DNA of 64,000 bases. Origin: Styela clava (Eukaryota). Of the stretch, positions 39,501 to 50,953 are shown piece by piece (within the stretch, counting starts at the first letter, position 1; each line of letters opens with the position of its first letter). A program made the position numbers and the translations under genes. Under the pieces are notes generated by a model that did no database searches, was not told the origin of the DNA, and saw only the letters and a list, made by a program, of their open reading frames with translations. The stretch lies in the NCBI RefSeq assembly GCF_964204865.1, contig NC_135259.1, forward strand, positions 10,850,001-10,914,000. Reading direction: 5' to 3'.

Positions 39501-42500
39501 GAAAATATTGTTTCATGCGATTCCACCCAACACAAATCACAAACATTAAAATATCACATATAAATTACTTTTCTATGTAGGATTCATGTACGTTCGAGGA
39601 TACCAAAAACTTGATGAAGCCGGAGAAGTGGTTCTTCAATGGGGTTCTGCTTATTATTCGGAAGCATTGATGTATATACAGGTACAGCGATAGTATTCTT
39701 GATATGTGTATATGTTACGAAACAGGAAAACTGGTGTTGAACTTTCGGTTGTGAAATGATCAGACCGCGTTTCACTTGTTTATTTAACCGTCTCACAACA
39801 TTAATACAACAATAAGAGGCTTGAGCAGAATATATATCTAATTCATTTGTTTGTAACACTTTTGCCGCGATTTCATGAATAATGATTAGGCTGTAAGCAG
39901 TAATATGAAACGTTTCTATTTATACCGGATGTGTGTACTTGACAACGAACTGAAAAAATCCTGATTTATCGTGTATCCAAAAATAAATATCTCAAAGTTC
40001 TTATAGGTTTTGTATAAGTGGATGTATTTGAAGTATATATGCTGGAGTACGTTTCATACTTACTTTTATAGACAATATTACGATATATACGCAATATTTT
40101 TAACATTTTAAAGTACTTTACTATTTACTTTGTAGATTTCCGCCCCAACAACAGGGTGGGTTGGATTTGGACTATCACCTGGCGATTCTATGAAGGATTC
40201 TGATTTAGCTGTGGCAGGAATAAAAGATGGAACCTCGTACATTTTTGTGAGTTTGAAGACGTTTTATAATTTTTTTTTCTCGAAGATATAGGGCTACTCT
40301 AAGACTTAGTTTTATGTTATACTATCAACTTCCTTGTGCAAAATGTGCATTCATTGTTCTTCTTTCTTATAACTTTTTTGTTCAGATTTTTCTGATTGAA
40401 TTACTAAAAGCATAATATTGGATGATTTAATGTATAAGTCCGAAAACTGGTTATGCGCGCCGTTTATTTCGAGTTTTTTAATAATATTAAATTGAATATG
40501 GATTTTTTTTAAGGACTTATATGCTACAAAAAATACTTTGCCAATGGTTGATGCAAAACAAGATATCACGCTAATTCAAGCCGTTGAAGATGGGCCAAGA
40601 ACCATCGTTATGCTATTGAAAAAATACAAAAGCGAGGACACAGAAAATGACATTAACATCGTGGTACGAATATCGTTTATTTTTCATTTTACTCATTTCA
40701 ACGATTTATTGAACAAATTCGTTACTATACGTTATTATTCGGTGAACAACCGAGGGGCTGCAAACTACGTTGCGTTTAAGTTTTTGCTAGAATAAAAAAA
40801 ATAATAATAAAAAAGGGTTCATCTTTATAGGAATACAAAAGTTTTAATTTATAAATATTGATAGTTTTTGTATCAAACACACTAGGTAGGAAAAATGAAT
40901 GTACTTTGGGCTTATGGACAAACAGATGTCGATGGAACGCTGACTGGAATGAATTATCACGGACGAAACAGAGGTATGTGACTTTAATGCACATACGCGG
41001 TACAGAACCAACAACGAAAATGATCATAACTCTAAAATTTTGTTTTAAAATTTTGTTGTAACATTTACGTAAGCCATAATTCATCGACTTTCTCATAATA
41101 TTAAAGATGACAAAAAACATTATTTTATGCAAAACAACAAAATGTACTTTTAGTAACAACGTTAACCCATCGTGCATATAGTTGTTGTGAATATCAAAAA
41201 GTGTATAAATAATTGTTCCATATTAAGGGCACGCTGAAGTGGAATTTATACCGAGTGATCCTAGCCTTATTCCAAGTAAGTTCAATTTTTACTGCTTTGT
41301 TCGTTGTCTAATATTTCAGAGCCGTTTTTTTCGACCAATGCAATATTTATGATTTAGCTTCATGACCATTACTACATAAGTGCAGTTGCTAACGAGGAAA
41401 TATTTTAATAAATTTTGAAGGCACGGTAGTATTCTGCGTATAAATGAAAACTCTTAGTAATGTTATATAATGAACGTTTCAAATGCCAATTTTAAACTTT
41501 GTATATTGATGAATTAAAATTAAAACCAAATCGGTGGTGATTAATTTTATTTGATCCGTATAAATATATATTTTTTCAAAGTGGATGGACATTCACCCGG
41601 AAGTCCGAAGTCACCAAAATTAGGAACTGGAACAGACAGTCCCGACTCTATAAAATCGCCAAAGACCCTAGGTGTGACTGGAATGTCACCACCAAGCCAG
41701 TCAGGACCTGGTATAGCAAAATCTCCAATTAGTCCGGATAGTCCAGATACTGGTACGTCTCATACTCCTGTGGGTCCAAATAACATTAGATCGCCGATGA
41801 GTCCTAATACTGGCAAGTCTCCACAAAGTCCGGAAAGTTCAAAGAAACCTCCTCAGATAAGCAGACCGGTTCGACGTAAAAGAATTTTCCAGGGTGGCGC
41901 TACGGATATTGACAAATTGTTTGATGACGATAAAATGTATAAACAGGCAGTTTTAAATGAGGCTCATAAAGTGAATCTCAAATGGGCTTATAATAAGGAC
42001 TACATTGTGTTTCAGGTTAGTTAAATTCTAAGTAATTCGCCGTACAAATCTTATTGCAACTGTAATGACTAATGAGCATACCAAACTTTCGTACATTTTA
42101 AAAAACATGTTTGATGCAGATATCCAATTGAAATTTAGATATCGATTCTCACAAATGGATGGATTGGAGTGGGCTTCTCACCAGGACCGAATATGGCCAA
42201 GGCAGATATTGTTATTTCAGGAGTACGAAGGGACGGAGTATATGCACTAGTAAGTATTTAACGAAGCAACACGGTAACATGTATGCTATACAGTCCGACT
42301 TTCTAGAAATAAATCAGTTGCATCAACAACTTTCTTAGGAATACGATTGAACAACTATACTGTGACCCTATAACACTGCATTTGGACACCGGAACGTAGT
42401 ATTTGTACCAGGTTAGGGTTAGGCCATAATTTCAGATACAAATACTGCGGGAGTCACTTGGCTAGTCCCCGAACTCGTAATGGAACTAAAATAAGGAAAA

Positions 42501-43845
42501 TTGGAATAAAATTATGGCCTAATTCTAACCTGGTACATTTACTACGTTCCGGTGTCCTCCATCTTGGTTCACATACTTCAGGAGTACCCATTTTGGCTCT
42601 TTTAACTCGCAGGACGCATACGCATCCAGAAATGGTAAACCACAGATTGATTTGTCACAAGATATAAAGGTTCTCAGATACGTAGAAACTGAAGGCGTAA
42701 CGACAGTTACGTTTGCAAGGAAACTGGATACAACGGATTCTATGGATAACAAGGTAAAAGCATAATATAGAATAATTTAGGGCTCTACTACTCTAAACAA
42801 AAAAACTAGTATAATATATATTGTACAAATTGCAAAAATTAGGAAACATGATCTAAATAGGCAGTTATGGAAGCGAGCAGGCACACATATGCATTTCATC
42901 AAGTCCGACAATGAACCGAGATCATTATATCAACACATATAGGGTCCAATAAAAAAGCCAAATATTTCAGTATCAAATACAATATAAAAATATTTATACA
43001 AGCCAAAATAATTTTTGATGTGAAAAATTTTAAATACCTAATGCCAATTGTTCTGTTGTCGACTTTTCATAAAAGATTTAATTCTAACGTGCGTTTTGTT
43101 CAGCACTTTTGACTATAGGTCTAACAAACTCATATACACTGTGTTATTATATCTTTTTTCTTTTAGAATCACGTTTTTACATAAATATAAGGTGACAGTA
43201 ATGCTGTCATAATGCTTCGTATGAAAACCTGTTTATAGAATTTTTGGTATAAAACACTGTTATACAACCGCACCCTGTAACAATACTATTCTTTCATATA
43301 TGTTGATTAAAGATTGGTGACAGTAAGTACGTGATATGGGCATATGGAAGAGCTGATTTTGCAAAAAAGCCAAGAAACTTCTATCATGGATCCAACAGAG
43401 GTAGTGCAAATTCAGTACATTCCAGTCTACGTATTAATCATTTAAATGAGTTTATCAATATATGGTTATCAGTAACTTTATATTCTAAGAAATTTGCCAA
43501 GTATAAATAAAACTAGTAAGTATATTCATTTTTGTATTCTCCTGATGGGTACCAAACTTGTGTTCGGAATGAAACACGAAAATCTTACAAAATCTGTTCC
43601 AAGAGTATTTTTTATTGAGACAATTAGGCTCCAATAAATTTATCTTTTTTTTCAATTCAGGATCAAAAATGCTGACTCTGATTGATGGTTCAGGTAAGCA
43701 ACTTTTTCTAAGTTAATAAACACTTTGCATGTTTGTGATACGTGATTAAAAATTTCCTATTTAACGTTGTGAATATTTTACAGGTGGCTTGGCGGCAGAT
43801 TTCGAAATGAATTCACTAGTTCTTGTACCAGGAAAGTTGAAGTAG
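33566..43845 (+). CDS. Gene C: secreted 4x DOMON protein (D1-[HD-D2-D3]-linker-D4), 23 coding exons, ~861 aa
   Basis: Exons 33566-33730, 34375-34494, 35191-35337, 35643-35730, 36145-36204, 36403-36578, 36764-36877, 37458-37610, 37966-38053, 38543-38578, 38914-38952, 39267-39299, 39581-39681, 40136-40246, 40514-40663, 40886-40973, 41228-41275, 41582-42015, 42139-42249, 42613-42753, 43313-43400, 43661-43693, 43784-43845. Total 2586 nt, in frame; exon sizes equal those of gene B (cassette 1) except the linker exon. Ends LVPGKLK*. Confidence 0.9.
42384..42584. mobile_element. Fold-back/MITE-like element with ~50-bp inverted arms containing GGTTAGGGTTAGG
   Basis: GGACACCGGAACGTAGTATTTGTACCAGGTTAGGGTTAGGCCATAATTT from 42384 is mirrored by AAATTATGGCCTAATTCTAACCTGGTACATTTACTACGTTCCGGTGTCC ending at 42557. 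The following CATCTTGGTTCACATACTTC resembles the arm of the element at 50954-51048. Confidence 0.78.
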
Positions 43846-44013
43846 AGAAAGAGAATGTATTCAATTCATCAGAAAGACAAAAACTCATGCTAGTATATAG
43901 TGCCTCATCATTTTTACATTGGATAGCTACTAATGAACCGCTAGTAGGAACTAGGCGAAATGATTGTAGAACGTTAGTTACGTCATTGAGTTTTCAGTTA
44001 TACTCTCTTATTA

Positions 44014-44019
44014 AATAAA
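44014..44019 (+). terminator. Candidate polyadenylation signal of gene C
   Basis: AATAAA ~170 nt after the stop, at the position homologous to gene B's signal. Confidence 0.55.
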
Positions 44020-44599
44020 GTAAAAAATTATGAAAACACACCAATGCAATGTTACAGTTGTATTGGCAGCATCAGATGAAGATGTGTTGGAGGACACAAC
44101 GCCCAGTACTGGTAGATTATGCGACTTGCAATCATTTAAAAGCTCAAGTCCAATTTGTAAGTCTTGCCCCGCGCCAATACCAATGAAGTCCCCAACTGGG
44201 CAAGAACACTGGCGAATGGATATTGTAGACTGCTTTGATATGATGTCACGAGGAGGCTGAAAATTTTGAATATATTGGTCCATCAGTTACAGAGAGAGGG
44301 TTTTCCTAACAACAAAATAAATTCCAACGACGAGAGTAACAAAATTTAGGAATAACTTTATATTCACACTTCATGTCCAATTAAGATGAGTACATTCTTG
44401 TGGCCGTTCGCAAAACCTGATAAAAGCAAGGTTATCAGCACATAGCTATGTTTCTCGAAAACAAGAAAGCTATGCTCAAATATATGGACACTCAAAATAA
44501 AACGAAATATTTTATCATCACTTGACCGAAAACCATAGGGTACCCTACGCCTGCACAAGCTGAACAGTGAAACAGCTACATGGCTATGGTAACTGACTT

Positions 44600-45410
44600 A
44601 CTAATACTTGGATACAAATACCGGTACAAGGACTGTCATAGCTCTTCCATGTCCTGTGGTAATGATCTATTCTTCTTCATCCAATTTCAACGTGAAGTGA
44701 AATACCAAGTGATCCGAGTCACTTCTTCATTACGGTATGCGGTACGGTAACTTACCAGGGTCTGATATTCGTTCGCGGAACGGTTCTTCCTTGTCATATA
44801 AGAACTGAATTCATTTCCTCTTATCAAATAAAAAAATTATGTAGGCTACAAAATTTATGTTGTTTACATCAGAACTGTAACGAAAAGATGAGAGCGTAAT
44901 TCACAGAGGTACCGGTACCTTACCAGTACCTGTTGCTGTACTGTAGGCCTGCTATTCGATCGTGGAACGGTTCTTCTCTGGCATATCAAAACTCAATCCA
45001 ATTTGCTCTAATCAAAATTAACAAATTTTAGTTTAGGTAGGCTAGATATGCTAGAAAACTTACATTTGACATTACTGCAATAGCAAGGTCGCAAAATTAA
45101 TAAGTCAATTTCACTGTGCTACGGTATCTGAGCAGTACCGAATCTGCAGGCTTGATCCCGCAACCGCTTGAAATAAGTTTCAAAACAGTGTTCCTATGAG
45201 TAAATTTTAAAACAGCGAAATTTGAATGAAATATCAGATCTCATAGGATTCATAGAAAATAGCCTTCTGGAAATAAAATCAAACTTTGGACCACTGATAA
45301 TTCCAAGGCAATTGGTCCGGTATTCGAAGAGAAAAGCGATTTTATAATGATGGTGACGAAGAAGAACAATAACAACAACAAAATATTGAAACGATCGTTA
45401 TTTCCACTAA
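44600..45410. repeat. Cluster of dispersed-repeat fragments (ACCGGTAC-rich part and AAC-tailed part)
   Basis: Similar to 18895-19370, 24285-24480 and 31475-31830. 45290-45345 (CCACTGATAATTCCAAGGCAATTGGTCCGGTATTCGAAGAGAAAAGCGATTT) is close to the reverse complement of 60210-60265. Confidence 0.65.
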
Positions 45411-46803
45411 AGTGTCTAACATTGTCTATCAATGGTTTATTACTCAGCGTTTCACTTGTTTCCGCCGGCCGCCCCGGCATGCTAAGCCTATGCTTTCATG
45501 ATAAATAGCAAATGTAACACAGCTTTTCGCGGGAAGTTTGGTGCTTTACTAACACGTTAAATATTAACGATGTTTGGCGAATGAACCTTTGATCTTTCAA
45601 TGATCGTAACGTTCTTGTGACAACATACGTGAGAAAATTATATTAATTCAACTCATTCGAATGCACGTGGTAGACTAACAGAGATATTATTAAATTTGAA
45701 GTGAGCGGATTTTACGACAATATAATTTTAGTTGGTAGAGACCCAGGTTTCGTGCCTACGATATACACCCGCAGCTTCGAGTATCTGTAAAAAATCAAGG
45801 TCATCGTTGTACAAACAATTGACATATATATCAAGATACCATTATGTCTCGTGCTTAAATCACGCATGCTACCTGTCAATTATTTTTGCACGAGGCGCCT
45901 TGCGTGAGATTTCTTGCTATGACGCGTTTATCTATGATGTGACGCAATCTTGACAGATACGTAACGCGGTTGTGCCACAGATCGTGATAACTTTAGCATT
46001 CGTTACGTTAAACCAATTTTATGTATCAGAAATACTTTATTCAAAAATGCCGTTTGGTTTTAATGACATGTATCTCTCCCAAAATGCTTTATTTTTTTAT
46101 TATTGGTGATTATCATATATTACATCGGTAGATTTTGTACGAGTAAAACAAAAATCAGTGATTGATGTATTCCTGGCGAATTAAAGTAAGAGTATTCAAA
46201 TTTAACTTTACAAGCAAACAAAAAGAGCAATAATTGTCCTGGCATCAATATGAAGCATTGACTGTATAAGAAATACTATATTATGGTTTTCAAGCAATGC
46301 ATCAAACACAAGAACTAAATCATATATTATTTCAAACAAAGCATTCTCTTTCAGTATGCAACCGAAATAAACTCGACTCAATCAAAATTATTGAATTTAA
46401 ATCAGATGTTCCATAGAATGGAGTGACGTGACTCGTACAATAAAAACCTGATTTTAATTTGCATGAGGAAAAACACTTTGGCGTCGTTGGTTTACAAGAA
46501 AACTTTCTTGATATACCCAATCTTCTTACAAAATTTTGAAACACATTTTTCAAAAGTATAGTAATATATACATTGTGCACGCCTGTGAATAATGTATACA
46601 AGGTTTAGCGAGAGCATTCAAGCAATAATACTAATCAGCTGCGTTTCGAAAAACTTGATATTTCCTGTTTCACGTCATATACTCACTAATATGCAGTTTT
46701 CATCAACACATATTCGAATATGTTTGGAAATAGTCCAAAGAACATCAGTAGGCTACGCATAACCCTCATACATGAGTTCGCATTAGACTTGTTTGTGGTA
46801 AAG

Positions 46804-47823
46804 TTAATACAATCTGAATAAGGCTGTAAAGATACCAAGACGATTACCGAAAGTAATCAGAATACAGATGAGATCTATAAATATACTCGTGTTATAAAGT
46901 GTGTCAGTCATAGTTCGGGGTATCGTCGGTGGGATTATCAAAGACACCACAGCTGTGGCTAGGATGTCGGTTATCAACATTATTGTGCCACTGACCACTG
47001 AACTTCGTATATTGCGAGCTACCGGATTAGTTTCCAATGCTTTGTTCTTGTTACCGAATATCATGCGGTGCCATATGGATGTCAGATTGTTATTTTTTCT
47101 TGAGGCCATATTTGTAGATTCTGATGTTTCAGAGCTGATTTTAGTCCATGCTATATTTGTGCGAATCATGATGTATGTGAACAAGCTGACGATAAGTACT
47201 TGAACAAGAAAGAGTAGCATCACTGCCATTGTAGCGTAGGATACATTCGATTCTAGTGAAGGAACCTTGGTACAGCCGAGAGCAGTTGGACGATATTTCG
47301 TACTGATCACGTAGTAACAAAATGTTCCCAACGAAATAAGAGTCAGACCAACGAACGTAATCCAGCTCAAGGCATTCACACATAATCCCATCAAATCCCG
47401 GACGGCTGGATGTCCAAAAATAATTCTCTGACGCAACCAAAGGAACAAATAGATGGAATACATAGATGCAAAATATGTGGTACTTCCCAACTTGCCCATC
47501 AGTTCACAATGTTCCAATCCATATTCAATTCGAGGAAGCTGAAATTTCACTGCAGTGTACACAAATCTCAAAAACACAATGATACCAACGACAAAACATA
47601 AATCAAACACGATTCCGCTGTTATAACTCGAATTTCCGGATTTTTTCGTCCAGCATCCAGTTTTTCTTCCGTATACGAATAAACTTATTAAAATCCAAAT
47701 TGTTAACAATATCAATAATCCGTTAAAGGCTTCACAAAATAGTAGCAAAATTTTCATCGATTCGTTGATCTCGTCGCTATTCAATGTCATTGTCGAGTTT
47801 ATGTCGGTTTTATTGCCTTCCAT
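46804..47823 (-). CDS. Intronless orphan 7-transmembrane (GPCR-like) receptor, 339 aa
   Basis: Single ORF with N-terminal N-glycosylation sequons (NKT, NST), seven hydrophobic segments, Cys at the top of TM3 (EHCE) and in ECL2 (LGCT), and a long Ser/Thr/Asn-rich ICL3. TM3 ends FLWLRQR instead of DRY. Confidence 0.88.
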   Translation of the reverse strand: MEGNKTDINSTMTLNSDEINESMKILLLFCEAFNGLLILLTIWILISLFVYGRKTGCWTKKSGNSSYNSGIVFDLCFVVGIIVFLRFVYTAVKFQLPRIEYGLEHCELMGKLGSTTYFASMYSIYLFLWLRQRIIFGHPAVRDLMGLCVNALSWITFVGLTLISLGTFCYYVISTKYRPTALGCTKVPSLESNVSYATMAVMLLFLVQVLIVSLFTYIMIRTNIAWTKISSETSESTNMASRKNNNLTSIWHRMIFGNKNKALETNPVARNIRSSVVSGTIMLITDILATAVVSLIIPPTIPRTMTDTLYNTSIFIDLICILITFGNRLGIFTALFRLY

Positions 47824-50800
47824 CCTAACTATTCAAGCTGCACAATGATAGAAACACATAAATAACAGCTGTATTTCATGCAAAGAAAAAGTTTCGCAAA
47901 TTATAGAGACTGTGACTCACGCCTTAACATCTCCAACACGAACAAGCCACACCGCGTAGAAATGTTTTGGCTGTGTCGTACGTTCTATTCTTACTTATAC
48001 TATTGTGTTAATTTCATGATCTAACGATTGTTGCGCAATTATTGTCACGAGGTTTTTCTATATTATTGTTTAATCCGTGTTCTTAGTAAGATATTTCGTG
48101 CACATCGATAGACTTGTAAAATAATTACTAATTTCATGTACAGATCTTTTAAAGAACAAGATTAAAAAACTAATGTCATTCATTAAGTACAAAATGAAGG
48201 TGAGATACGCCAAACAAAATATACTCACACTACTAATAGGCTTTCAAAATAGCAGAAACGAACTGAAGCGTAAACATATTACATTTTCTACGAATGGCTT
48301 GCAATTCCTCTTCATTGGAGGAAGGTATCAATTAAATGAAACGCCCTACTAATTTATTTATATTCTAACTCTTACTAACGCTAGACATAGCATACGTACT
48401 TCCCCTGCACATGAGTTACATTATTTAATATTGTTTCAAGAATTACTCAGTGCCACATTTGCATTATTGAAAAGTTCGAAACTAGAAATGAATGAGTAAT
48501 AAAAGTACAGGAAAGGCACCGGTCATATATTTTATTATTATAACAAACCTGTATGCTGGATATACTAGGTAACTTTTACATTCTCACGTGTAGTTACAAA
48601 GCAAATCGCCTAACATGGATGAAAAATAGTGAGGCCTTATGAAGATTACTCATCATGGACAAATATGCAACAAATTAAAAAAACAATATTTTTTTCCCGA
48701 AAATGTTGACTAATTTGATCAAGTATTTAATTTATTATCTATACAATATATATATAGTGGAAATAGATGAAATACGCAAAAGCGGAAAATATATTAATTC
48801 TTTCACACTATATTCCTTTGTATACGTCGCTCATATGATATTTGGCGACGAATGAACTGGGGAGTTCTTAACGCTAGGTAGAATACGCGCACCGTCGATA
48901 CGAACATTTTTGCAAGATTTTTCCATTTTTGAAAGGATACAAAATCAACATGCCGAATAATATAAATCTCATCCTTTTAAAATCATTATAATATTCTGTA
49001 TTTTATTCATTGCCTACTAGTACCACACTCCACCTCTTGATCACTTCCAGGAAATTTAAATTCACAGTAATGTAGTCAATTGTCTATTGGTGTTATATAC
49101 AGTGGTAAACCAGCACGATTCAACAAGGGTTACGAACTCGCAAATGCTGTATTCCATCGTCTCACTTAAATATTACTAGTTGACTGCCATACGTAGCACA
49201 AAAATAAATCCGTCCGTGTTGTTTTCAAAACATGACAATATTTTTTGATTTATGAAACATCACGTGGCAATCATCAATGATATTGTGAAACATTTAACTT
49301 CACTTTGTCTTCCGTAGATTCAATGCTAAAATATATAACACTAAGTCATCTATGCTCCAACCCGGATGAAAGAAGTAAAATTTCATTACACACAGACATA
49401 GTGTAACTAGGCTTTAAACTTGAAAAAAATTAATTTGTATTACGTCATATCTGGTGACGTCATTGGAACATAATAATATTGAATATCTGATGTATGCCAA
49501 AAGACCGTGTTTAGGGCGCATAAATATTTAATTGGAATTTGCAAAAATATTTTTTTCTGCTAAAATTAATGCAGTCGGTCACAAAATTTTCGTCGAAATA
49601 TATTATGCACCGTGATATATGTCGGGGAAGAACATTGGTAACAGCACGAGAGTCAATAATACAACAGACTTATTATCACCTGCTGCACAGTACACAATTG
49701 TATTACGATTTGGTGGGTGCGAAATCTGGCTATCTTTTTTAACATCGCATTAGTTTATATATATTGCACCCTTGAAGTATCATAACGTCATTAACAAGTT
49801 TTGCGGCAATATTTGGCAGTCGTGAGACCACCCGTGTTTTCTGATAAACAATAGCATCAACGAAAGCCACGCTGAAAAGATTTAATAATGTGGAATTGAA
49901 ATGTCTTATTTGAATAAAGTAAAACGGAACAAAGGTCGAAACTACAATTATTTTATGAACAGTTAGCAAATTTTTATTCAATGTTAATGTACGCCCAAGT
50001 ATGGGTTGCCAATTGTTATATAGCTATTTTTGTGATCAGATAGCAAAACATTTTGTAAAGGTTTGCAATTTACGAACAGAGATAAAACGTGTTGGTCGTC
50101 TATTTGTATGTCCTACACTCCTACAGCGAGCAGAAAATATGTTTGTCTAAAACATTTGGCCATCGTTAAAATAGGTCAACTGAAAGATTTTTACCTCCGT
50201 GCCAATCTTCGTTTAACTTTGATTGGCTCATTAACCTATCTTAGTATTCGATGATAAGTTGTGTGTTTTGTATGTTCGTGTTTGTATATGGAGCTGGCGT
50301 TATGGATGACCGGCGCCCGTTGCGGAAAGAAATGTAGTAACAGAATTAATGGGTGACTAAACAAAACTCAGGGCCGTTACTCAATCCGTACATGATTGAT
50401 TAAGTATGATCTACACATAGAAACCACATTCATAGGGTATTGTATGAGCAAAATTTGCCTCCTTGTGGTTACACGAATCGAGAGCGATATAGAAACATCG
50501 AAATAGTGATGAAAGTACATCACAAGAGATATGTTTGAACACAGAGTTCATACTGTACTTTTGCCGATTGTATTTGATAGGTTAGTACACAAATGATAGT
50601 CATTGCAAACTTTTAGAAGTTGCGAAAGCATAAGGAAAGCCAACTTTGCGATGTGAGTGGAATAATGATCAGAAGTTTGAAGTTAGATCAATTTGAAGAA
50701 AGTATTGAGTCAATTGCACTTTTGGAAATAAAATTGAATAGAAATGGTGAGAATTGCAAAAGGTGCAGCTCCATTAGTTAGAGTTAGAAGAAGGTTTTGA

Positions 50801-50953
50801 AATTGTTAGCATAAAACTTGATATGGCAGCCCCATTGCAAGAGTTTATTCATAAAAAAAAAACAGAATAAAATTTTCGCATGTGGTATACATTATGAATG
50901 TATATATTGTACATAAAATTGAACATATTTCGGAGTCATATTTTGGTCGTCCC

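Noticed and set aside
4491-43845. Calling the DOMON genes DBH, MOXD1 or FRRS1
   Set aside because: No Cu-monooxygenase, reeler or cytochrome b561 domain is present; stop codons follow D4 and a short tail.
46901-47601. ORFs overlapping the GPCR in other frames or on the other strand
   Set aside because: Shadow frames of the 339-aa ORF.
49440-49463. Paired CRE-like sites (TTACGTCA, TGACGTCA) upstream of the GPCR
   Set aside because: Short motifs; TGACGTCA also occurs in repeats and exons in this window, and there is no conservation evidence.
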